A stretch of 38,957 bases of DNA from a virus: IMG/VR virus record IMGVR_UViG_3300045988_085954. One strand, written 5' to 3'. The translations under genes and the position numbers were made by a program. Under the pieces are notes generated by a model. It was not told the origin of the DNA, searched no databases, and saw only the letters and a list, made by a program, of their open reading frames with translations. How positions within the stretch are numbered: the first letter of the stretch is position 1; every line of letters begins with the position of its first letter. Shown piece by piece: positions 1 to 6,834 of the stretch.

Positions 1-65
1 CTGTGACTAGCCCGGCTAGCCTCCCTTTGGTTACCTAAGGACGATGGCAACAACCAGACTTGCTA
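1..65. repeat. 65-bp exact direct terminal repeat (copy 1), identical to 38893-38957
   Basis: Positions 1-65 (ctgtgactagcccggctagcctccc...cttgcta) are repeated exactly at 38893-38957. The window ends inside the repeat, so it may be longer. This fits either a true direct terminal repeat of a T7-like phage or an assembly overlap of a complete genome. Confidence 0.8.
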
Positions 66-281
66 TACTAACAAGTAGTGTCAGTACTTTGTATAGCGTG
101 TCGTGCTCGTCCTCTTGCCTACCATTGATTACTATGATGTAGTAGTTAATGGTGGGCTTTTTACGTTTCATCGCCTCACATCTCTTATAATGTACTGCGC
201 AACTATACAGGCCTTTATTACCGGATTTGCGATTTTCATTTACCAGAATACGCAATAGAAGCTTTTAGCGAGTGCTAAATA

Positions 282-299
282 GTGCTTATTGGTGCTTAT
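282..299. repeat. 18-bp direct repeat gtgcttattggtgcttat (copy 1); copy 2 at 467-484
   Basis: An exact 18-mer, itself a tandem of gtgcttat, occurs twice about 185 bp apart. The two copies flank a GC-rich hairpin in a 225-bp non-coding stretch. Confidence 0.7.
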
Positions 300-319
300 C
301 CACGCAGATAATGAGCAAA

Positions 320-386
320 ACGAGGCAATAATGAAAAGGCCCCGAAAAGGCGGCAACGCTTGTCGTTGCTGACTTCCGGGGCCTTT
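320..386 (-). terminator. Candidate intrinsic terminator (GC-rich hairpin plus T-run) downstream of the right-end HTH gene
   Basis: A 10-bp stem aaaggccccg (335-344) pairs with cggggccttt (377-386) around a structured loop. On the minus strand it is followed by TTTTCATTATT. Confidence 0.45.
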
Positions 387-466
387 GAGTTCCTATGGTT
401 ATTCTTGAAAATACTGCATGGAAATATTTTTCATACCTCTATATATAAGGATTTATAAGCTGTTCG

Positions 467-484
467 GTGCTTATTGGTGCTTAT
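467..484. repeat. 18-bp direct repeat gtgcttattggtgcttat (copy 2)
   Basis: Exact copy of 282-299. Confidence 0.7.
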
Positions 485-735
485 ATTACACATACACACT
501 CGTGATTCTCGATGAATCTATACAGAGACAAACGAGTGACTCTGTAGTGTCTACCTACCTTGAAGGTCTTTAGTTTACCCTCTCTCATGTACCTTGTAAC
601 GGAGGACAGAGGTAGGTTTAGCATGATTGCTACATCTTTAGCACTAAAGGCTATTGCCTTATCCCATTGACCAGACTTACTACTATATAACTTGTTCATT
701 TCATCTTCTATCATTATATAATATACCTCATACAT
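481..735 (-). CDS. Small HTH DNA-binding protein (Xis/MerR-like HTH_17 type)
   Basis: The motif FSAKDVAIMLNLPLSSVTRYMREGKLKTFKVGRHYRVTRLSLYRFIE has the helix-turn-helix plus wing pattern of excisionase/MerR-family binders. It is the last gene after the large terminase (positional analogue of T7 gene 19.5). The true start may be an internal Met. Confidence 0.5.
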   Translation of the reverse strand: MYEVYYIMIEDEMNKLYSSKSGQWDKAIAFSAKDVAIMLNLPLSSVTRYMREGKLKTFKVGRHYRVTRLSLYRFIENHECVCVI

Positions 736-1052
736 CTTACCTCTTTATCTGTTTATGGTCTATTACCTTTATTATTCATTCTGTTTATTTATATAAATAA
801 TAGAGGTAGCAATCTTTATATAGACTGTCTCTCACCATGACTAACCTAGTACATCATTTAGATAACTTTGTCACGTCACCTTTAGGTTAGCCTTTAGGAG
901 CTTATACAAAATATCTTACCTACTACACCACTCATAGACACATACTCCGTCTGTGGACATGAGACACCTAGTAGGTACTATATATAACCTTTTCTCTCTC
1001 TTCTTCACCTTATGTCCCACCTAGGACTTCGTATTGGGTTTATTGACTTTTA

Positions 1053-1075
1053 AGTAACTTGTGTCTCACCTATAT
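1053..1075 (-). promoter_or_regulatory. Phage-RNAP promoter copy (right-end, phiOR-like)
   Basis: Plus strand reads aacttgtgtctcacctata, which matches the core cttgtgtctcacc found upstream of the capsid, SSB, dUTPase and RNAP genes. It lies in the AT-rich non-coding region 736-1122. Confidence 0.45.
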
Positions 1076-1122
1076 GAGAGGAAAATCAATAAAAAGTGCG
1101 ATTTGTCCTCTCTAGGTGAACT

Positions 1123-2811
1123 TTATCGACCTCTGAGTTCCTTGATGTTCCTAAGGCACTTATTGGTTGGCTCTGCTCTCTTTAGGAGACCTTCGTTTAT
1201 CCAGTCCTCCAGTTCCATCTCAGAGACCTCTGGGAGCCTATCGGAATCCACATCCATGTTATCAAGCCAATAGGATGTAGCCATCGTCACGGCATCCAGA
1301 CGGTCATCATGAGCAATGGCGTTCTTATCACGACACATCCTCGTCATCTGATAAATCAACGAGTATGCCTGATTGGTCTCATAGCGTCTGTAGTCGTTCT
1401 CGATGACGCTACGGTTGACAATGAGCTTATGTCGCATGAGCACTGGTTCAAGGGTGTCGATGATGCGAAGCTCTTTCTGCTTCGTGTTCTTGACCTCTGT
1501 GATGACGCATGGATGAATCTTCGAGAAGATAGGTGTCATGACCTTCGTGAACATACCGTCACCGAAGTTTGCCTCTACGACAACCTCGTTTACCTCCCAA
1601 AACTTTGCAAGCTGTGCCATCTTCGTCAGTGTGAGGTCGCTGTAGCCTTCCTCAAATCCCCCGACATCCATGAGGAACAAGTAGCCATTCAGAGACTTCA
1701 TAATCGCGTAGGAACTCTCATCCTTGCCTCTGCCTGAGGGGTCGATAGCCATAACGGTACCCGTATACGGCATGGTCTCTGGGGAACGACTCAGAGGCGC
1801 ATAGTACATGTCCCCCTTCATGGCGACGCATGGGATGTCCTGTAGTCTCTGTTGAATACCATTTGCCCATGACCACTTCGTTGATGTCTCGTGCATGTCC
1901 AGTTCCTCTACAATGAGGTCAGCGACCTTTAGAGGGTACTTCTCATAGTCAGAGAGGTTCGTGTTCAGCATGAACTGAAGGGCGAACCCCGCACGACCAT
2001 AGGACAGCTTGCGCTTCGCAATCTCGATGTCATCGAAACGCTCTGGGTCTGTTGGTTTCCCTGCCCACTTCTCCGGGTCGCTATCGTACCTCTGGGCGAT
2101 GAAGGGTGCCAGATTGTCACCATAAGACTCCCGCTCTACCTGAGACTCCGGATAGAGGACAGGCCAGATTCTCGTGATGTAGCCACGCTGTTGCAGGGTG
2201 TTGTAAAGACTTGCCTCATTCTGGGGCGTACCAAGGTAGATAATCTGACCATTCGGCTTCAGGATAGCGTCGTACTCCTTGACAGCCTCAGCCAGCTTGT
2301 CGCGCTGTAGCTGTGTACCAGAGTTCTTCGGAACCTCTACGTCATCGGAGATAAGTAGGTCTGCACGAGTACCTGTAATCTGCCCCGTGATACCTACGGA
2401 CTTTACGGAAGGGGAAATGTCGGCCTGCGCTCCACCCACGCTGAAAAGGTTCTGGGTGTCTAGCTGTGTCTTGTCGGCCTTCATGTCCTCAAGGAAAGGA
2501 ATGGTATGGATAATGCTCTTGATGAAGCGAGCATTTGCGTCAGCACGGTCTCCTGAGGCTGAAATAATCAAGACCTTTAGGTCTCTATCAGACCACAGTC
2601 TCCATACCGCATAGGCGCATGTCAGGAAGCTCTTTGCCACGCCACGGAACCCTTGAATAATCACACGGTCAGAGGGAGGGTTCTGTAGAAACTGCGCAAT
2701 GTCTACCTGAATCGGGGTTGGCTTCGGGAGACCAATGGACTTCCATACGATGTATACGAAAGCCCAAAAGTTCTCTCTTGCCTTGTCAATATCCTTCTGA
2801 GACCAATTCAC
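1123..2811 (-). CDS. Terminase large subunit (T7 gp19-like DNA maturase B)
   Basis: 562 aa, the last large gene of the late block, with an ATPase N-terminal half and a nuclease C-terminal half as in T7 gp19. It follows the small terminase. Confidence 0.85.
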   Translation of the reverse strand: MNWSQKDIDKARENFWAFVYIVWKSIGLPKPTPIQVDIAQFLQNPPSDRVIIQGFRGVAKSFLTCAYAVWRLWSDRDLKVLIISASGDRADANARFIKSIIHTIPFLEDMKADKTQLDTQNLFSVGGAQADISPSVKSVGITGQITGTRADLLISDDVEVPKNSGTQLQRDKLAEAVKEYDAILKPNGQIIYLGTPQNEASLYNTLQQRGYITRIWPVLYPESQVERESYGDNLAPFIAQRYDSDPEKWAGKPTDPERFDDIEIAKRKLSYGRAGFALQFMLNTNLSDYEKYPLKVADLIVEELDMHETSTKWSWANGIQQRLQDIPCVAMKGDMYYAPLSRSPETMPYTGTVMAIDPSGRGKDESSYAIMKSLNGYLFLMDVGGFEEGYSDLTLTKMAQLAKFWEVNEVVVEANFGDGMFTKVMTPIFSKIHPCVITEVKNTKQKELRIIDTLEPVLMRHKLIVNRSVIENDYRRYETNQAYSLIYQMTRMCRDKNAIAHDDRLDAVTMATSYWLDNMDVDSDRLPEVSEMELEDWINEGLLKRAEPTNKCLRNIKELRGR

Positions 2812-3047
2812 TGGATGGTCTCATCTCCCACAAGGTCTGGGATGTTGTTAATGTCGCGAATCAGACGCTCCACGCCCTCTGTCTCTGTGGTGGTCACGAT
2901 GTCGTTATCCTTTAGGAACTGTCGTACCTTCGCGAGGAAAGCAGGGTTCCTAGAAAGCTCTGGGTCACTCAGACCATCAAGCAGAGCATCTACTTCCATC
3001 TTTGCAATCTTGTCTACGATTGCCTGTGTCATCTTTACGGTTGCCAC
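2808..3047 (-). CDS. Terminase small subunit (gp18-like); start re-assigned to GTG at 3047
   Basis: A GGAGG site (3056-3060) sits 8 nt upstream of a GTG codon. The product is about 79 aa (T7 gp18 is 89 aa) and the gene overlaps the large-terminase start by 4 nt. Confidence 0.5.
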   Translation of the reverse strand: MATVKMTQAIVDKIAKMEVDALLDGLSDPELSRNPAFLAKVRQFLKDNDIVTTTETEGVERLIRDINNIPDLVGDETIQ

Positions 3048-3063
3048 GTTATCTACCTCCTTT

Positions 3064-3684
3064 TTAGAAGTGTATCTTCCATTGCACCTCTCCACCATTG
3101 ACCTGTTGGTCTTTCAGTCCATAATGGGCTTCGAGCATGATGGAGTGGTTCCTATCATAGTTCCTCTGGACACTCAAAGGAATATAGGGGTTATCGTTCT
3201 GGACACCAATACCCGTGCCGACTTCCCAATTCTTGTAGGTGTTAATCTTATAGATACCTACGGGAATCTCAGGGTTGTCCTTCTGCTCCACGACAACCGT
3301 CCTATCGGTTTTCTCCAAGGCTTCAGGAGGGAGCGTAGAATCGCCTGTAGCGAGCTTTTCCTCAATGACCTTAACAGGACTATCCCCGTAGCTCACAACC
3401 TCCTTGTAGACCATCTCAGGCTGTCTCAGGCCATGCTGTGCTTCGATGATTCGCTTCTGCAATGTCTCTGCATTCTGCTTATTCAAGTTCAACTGGTTCC
3501 TGAGAGAGTTGAGGTCTTCTGCGTGTTTCTCATCCATAACCTTGACCTGTTGTGTCTTGTTGTCTACAGTCCTTTCAAGGGTGTTGACCCTCCATAAGAG
3601 GACACCCATGATAAAGATAGACAACAAAATAAGAAGCTCCTTCCAATGAGACAGGAAGAAGCTCTTAATCTGTTGCAATGCCAT
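3064..3684 (-). CDS. Membrane-anchored coiled-coil protein in the lysis cassette (possible spanin-like or lysis accessory protein)
   Basis: N-terminal transmembrane helix (LLILLSIFIMGVLLW), then a heptad-rich coiled coil, then a beta-rich C-terminal domain. It lies directly downstream of the endolysin. Confidence 0.3.
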   Translation of the reverse strand: MALQQIKSFFLSHWKELLILLSIFIMGVLLWRVNTLERTVDNKTQQVKVMDEKHAEDLNSLRNQLNLNKQNAETLQKRIIEAQHGLRQPEMVYKEVVSYGDSPVKVIEEKLATGDSTLPPEALEKTDRTVVVEQKDNPEIPVGIYKINTYKNWEVGTGIGVQNDNPYIPLSVQRNYDRNHSIMLEAHYGLKDQQVNGGEVQWKIHF

Positions 3685-3696
3685 ATTCTATTCTCC

Positions 3697-4185
3697 TTAC
3701 TGATTAGCGTACCAATTCGCCTTGCCAATGATGGTCGGAATCTCATGGTAGAGGTTGTCACCGGGACAATCCGTAGACATGAGGTCACGATGCCCAACGA
3801 TGTGCTCACCATCCATCGGGAGGCCATAGTCCGTGCAAAGGTTTGCCAGAAGCATCGCCGTGGATTCAATCTGTGCGTCCGTAGGCTCCGCTTCGCTGAA
3901 GTCACCACTCAGATGAATCCCCAACGTGTGCCAGTTCTCACCATAAGCGTGTGCGCCGATTTTCCAATGAGGACGCCCCTTCTCAATCGTGCCATCTTTG
4001 CGAATGACGTAATGATAACCAATGCCAGCCCATCCATTGTTCTTATGCCATCGATCGATTTCCTCTGCACTTGCATCAATATCAGCACCACCCGTATGAT
4101 GCAAGACAATCATGTCCGTCACCTCGCGATCACTCAAGGTACCATTGAATTGTAGATGGGTGTCCTTGATATTAACTCTTTCCAC
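3697..4185 (-). CDS. Endolysin, N-acetylmuramoyl-L-alanine amidase (Amidase_2 / T7-lysozyme fold)
   Basis: Zn ligands and catalytic residues of the Amidase_2/PGRP family are all present: VLHHTGG, GYHYVIRKDG, GAHAYGENWHTLGIHLSG, HIVGHRDLMSTDCPG. Confidence 0.85.
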   Translation of the reverse strand: MERVNIKDTHLQFNGTLSDREVTDMIVLHHTGGADIDASAEEIDRWHKNNGWAGIGYHYVIRKDGTIEKGRPHWKIGAHAYGENWHTLGIHLSGDFSEAEPTDAQIESTAMLLANLCTDYGLPMDGEHIVGHRDLMSTDCPGDNLYHEIPTIIGKANWYANQ

Positions 4186-4570
4186 TCTTATCCTCCTCCT
4201 TTTTTACTGTTACTTTCTCATCTGCCATCTGCTTCAGGCGAACCCGAAGAAACTCAGGGATGTATGCTCCATATCCCATGCGGTCTACGTTCTCTACAAG
4301 GCTCATTGCTTCAATGATAGCAAAGGCCGAGATGACCATTCCTCTGAAGATGTTCATGGACATCGCCATATCCAGAAGACACGCAATGATGATACAGAGG
4401 AAAATGCCTCCCTTCTTCATGAGACCTTTGGCACCTACGCGAGAACTGAGGGCACCTGTGCGATACCCTGCCGCTACCCCTGTGATGAAGTCCATGCACA
4501 TGAGGATAGCCAAGGCTTTGATGGGTGTGTCGATTCCCCCAAGGCAGAAGTCAAGGAATGCCCAAAGCAT
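4172..4570 (-). CDS. Holin (TcdE/holin_tox_secr-like)
   Basis: 132 aa with three hydrophobic segments and a charged C-terminus. The motif DFITGVAAGYRTGALSSRVGAKGLMKKGGIF resembles the toxin-secretion/phage-lysis holin family. It overlaps the endolysin start. Confidence 0.55.
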   Translation of the reverse strand: MLWAFLDFCLGGIDTPIKALAILMCMDFITGVAAGYRTGALSSRVGAKGLMKKGGIFLCIIIACLLDMAMSMNIFRGMVISAFAIIEAMSLVENVDRMGYGAYIPEFLRVRLKQMADEKVTVKKEEDKSGKS

Positions 4571-4631
4571 CCCTGCGATAGCTCCGACACAAAGCTCTGT
4601 CTGTGTCCAGAAATGATTGAATGTGATAGTA

Positions 4632-5204
4632 TCAACCTCCTTCGTCTGTTGTGTTGTTGTTGAAGAATGGAATATCGTTGAAGGACTGAATGTCTTTCAA
4701 TGGGTAGCGGTCACTGTCCAAGACGATTGCCTGTACCTTCCCCATGTCGTACATATTCAGGTAGCCTACCAAAGTGTTGAGCTTCTGAAGGATGTAGGCA
4801 TGGATGGTTCCCCCGATACCATAAGGTATCTGGAAGGTGCCTACTTTATCCTCTTGCTTGTAGAGGAAATAGAGGTCTAGCTTGCGGATGTCAAGACCGT
4901 CATGTGGTCGATAGAGGGTATATGGCTCTATCTTCCTGATGTCAAGGCCATCATGAGGTCGATAGGTGACAAATGCTTCTGTGGTACCATCGATAGCAAC
5001 ATCGCTACCTTCCCACAAATTAATTTTATCGTCCTGCTTGTAGGTGAAGTAGACCTCTAGTTTACGGATGTCGAGACCTTTATGCTCGTTGTAGGTTGCA
5101 TAGGCATGTGTGATACCTCCTGCACCCTCAGGTAATGTGTTGTCAAGTGCTACGCCTTGTTTCACATAGACAGCATATCCATCTGTCTTACCTACAAGAG
5201 CCAT
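4632..5204 (-). CDS. Tail-fiber-associated protein with a triplicated internal repeat
   Basis: Three tandem copies of (R)PHDGLDIRK(L/I)(E/D)xY(F/T)xYK. The corresponding DNA repeats lie at about 4826-5084. Confidence 0.4.
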   Translation of the reverse strand: MALVGKTDGYAVYVKQGVALDNTLPEGAGGITHAYATYNEHKGLDIRKLEVYFTYKQDDKINLWEGSDVAIDGTTEAFVTYRPHDGLDIRKIEPYTLYRPHDGLDIRKLDLYFLYKQEDKVGTFQIPYGIGGTIHAYILQKLNTLVGYLNMYDMGKVQAIVLDSDRYPLKDIQSFNDIPFFNNNTTDEGG

Positions 5205-5206
5205 AA

Positions 5207-6109
5207 TTAACTAGCTCCATTCACTTTGAAACTCAGAGTCTTCCCTTCGATGTCATCTCGTGTCCACGGTTTCCCTGTCAGGCTATTGGTCTCCGCATGA
5301 GCAATCTCATAAGCCTTACCAGAGGAATCCGAGACATCAATGGTGCCTACATCAGCCCCTTCGAGACTGAAGGTACCCGTTGAGATATTTGCGTCACGAG
5401 AGGTTGCCTGAAGTACCGCACATACCGAAGTGATGTCTGAGAACTCCGTGGCATCCGAGAGTCCGCTGAGTTTATAGGTTGTCGTGGAGCCCTGAGGCAT
5501 ATTCTGCTCTGTGTCTGGGTCAATGGTAAGTTTCTTGAACTTCTCCAAACCGATACGGCGAGTGTCCTGAAGGATGAAATGGGCAAAGCATAATTCAGCC
5601 CCTTGATAGGATACGCCACCACGAATCTCAACCATATTTATGGTGCCGTTGAATGCAGAAGGTGAACGATAGGATGTATTCAGTTTTGTATCCTTCCATA
5701 TATCAATTCTACCATTCTCTCCTGTCTTGATATGGATTTCAAGATTTTTATTTGTGTTGAACCAAGGGTTAACATTAGTTTTATTGTAGAGCACCTGATC
5801 ATCGGACGAGCAAATCTTAACGGAACCACTCTTATCTATGTGAATGTACGGAAGAGTGTTATCAGAAAACTTCACAGTAAATTCTGCCCCTAGGTCCTCG
5901 CGGTCAGTCTGCGTCATATCAAAAGAAAACCACAATTCTGTGCAGTTTTCGGGTAACCCTGTCATTCTTACATAAGAGGCACTTATGCTATTTAATCCCA
6001 CACAATAAGTGGTTTGTAGTATCTTCGACGGTGCATCATTCGCACCTTTTTGTGAGGCTCTATCATAAGCATCAAATGCACATAGTATTCCCGGATTTAT
6101 ACGCTTCAA
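5207..6109 (-). CDS. Tail fiber distal / receptor-binding protein
   Basis: 300 aa, beta-rich and Ser/Thr/Asn-rich, placed directly after the gp17-like N-terminal adaptor gene. Confidence 0.45.
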   Translation of the reverse strand: MKRINPGILCAFDAYDRASQKGANDAPSKILQTTYCVGLNSISASYVRMTGLPENCTELWFSFDMTQTDREDLGAEFTVKFSDNTLPYIHIDKSGSVKICSSDDQVLYNKTNVNPWFNTNKNLEIHIKTGENGRIDIWKDTKLNTSYRSPSAFNGTINMVEIRGGVSYQGAELCFAHFILQDTRRIGLEKFKKLTIDPDTEQNMPQGSTTTYKLSGLSDATEFSDITSVCAVLQATSRDANISTGTFSLEGADVGTIDVSDSSGKAYEIAHAETNSLTGKPWTRDDIEGKTLSFKVNGAS

Positions 6110-6129
6110 AATATCTCCTCCAATCTCTA

Positions 6130-6825
6130 TTAAGCTAACTGAATCGCAAGGCTATCTGGGTGGAATTGCATAACATCACCTTCGATATAACCTACTACTT
6201 TCACATAGGAACCCGCAGTATTCGGAGGTGACGTTTGGTAAACGCCATCTTCCCCTACGTACACGGTACTGCCATCAGGAGCATCTGTCACTGCATACTG
6301 CCCCTGTTCCAATACTTTGACCTTCCCATTATGTGAGTCAGCTAAGGCAATCACGACATCTGCAAGTGTTGTATAGTCACTCATGGTAGCCTTTACGAAC
6401 CCTCCTGCCTTATAGCCAAGCAGGGTGCCACGGGTGCAAGACACACCCTCCGCAAGGTTCACGGTACGCTCTACCTGAAGCTGTCTTACGTCCTGCTGAA
6501 GCTCTGTAATCGTGAAGCTACCTTTTTCCTCGATGACATGAAGAAGCTGAAGCTGAAGCATCGTCAGGTCAGCTTCACGCAAGACTGAACCATCATGGAA
6601 TTTCACCAGACGGTCGGTCGTGGTCTGGCGATAAATCTTGATGGTATCTGTAGCCTGTGTGTCGCGGTACAATGTGAGGGTGCTACCATCCACCTCGTAC
6701 TCCACGTTGATGGTCAACTCTTTGTCATTGAGTTTGCACTTCACAAATGCTTTTTCCAAGTATGGGAAGGGAATAGAATATTCATGTCTACCACCATCGT
6801 AGGTGGCATCTATCACAATCGACAT
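6130..6825 (-). CDS. Tail fiber N-terminal (tail-attachment) domain protein, gp17-like
   Basis: The N-terminus DGGRHEYSIPFPYLEKAFVKCKLNDKELTINVEYE parallels the T7 gp17 N-terminus LDGSNRDFNIPFEYLARKFVVVTL...LTINTDY. Confidence 0.7.
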   Translation of the reverse strand: MSIVIDATYDGGRHEYSIPFPYLEKAFVKCKLNDKELTINVEYEVDGSTLTLYRDTQATDTIKIYRQTTTDRLVKFHDGSVLREADLTMLQLQLLHVIEEKGSFTITELQQDVRQLQVERTVNLAEGVSCTRGTLLGYKAGGFVKATMSDYTTLADVVIALADSHNGKVKVLEQGQYAVTDAPDGSTVYVGEDGVYQTSPPNTAGSYVKVVGYIEGDVMQFHPDSLAIQLA

Positions 6826-6834
6826 ATAACCTCC

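Noticed and set aside
31-255. 74-aa minus-strand ORF (TTG start) with a C-terminal hydrophobic segment, overlapping the terminal repeat
   Set aside because: TTG start without a convincing ribosome-binding site. The only internal ATG has a GAGG just 2 nt upstream. It overlaps the repeat and the non-coding block, and composition is AT-skewed. It could be real but there is no support.
2815-3597. Long plus-strand ORFs inside minus-strand genes (e.g. 2815-3597, 3646-4155, 9433-10428, 16530-17135, 18067-18972, 31963-32559)
   Set aside because: Each lies antisense within a well-supported minus-strand gene, has no ribosome-binding site, and shows low-complexity or Cys/Leu-rich composition typical of antisense frames. 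The genome's coding strand is overwhelmingly the minus strand.
4580-4611. Degenerate promoter-like sequence ggacacagacagag upstream of the holin
   Set aside because: It is missing one base relative to the 16-nt core and has mismatches in the upstream half. It is mentioned in the promoter finding but not annotated as a feature.
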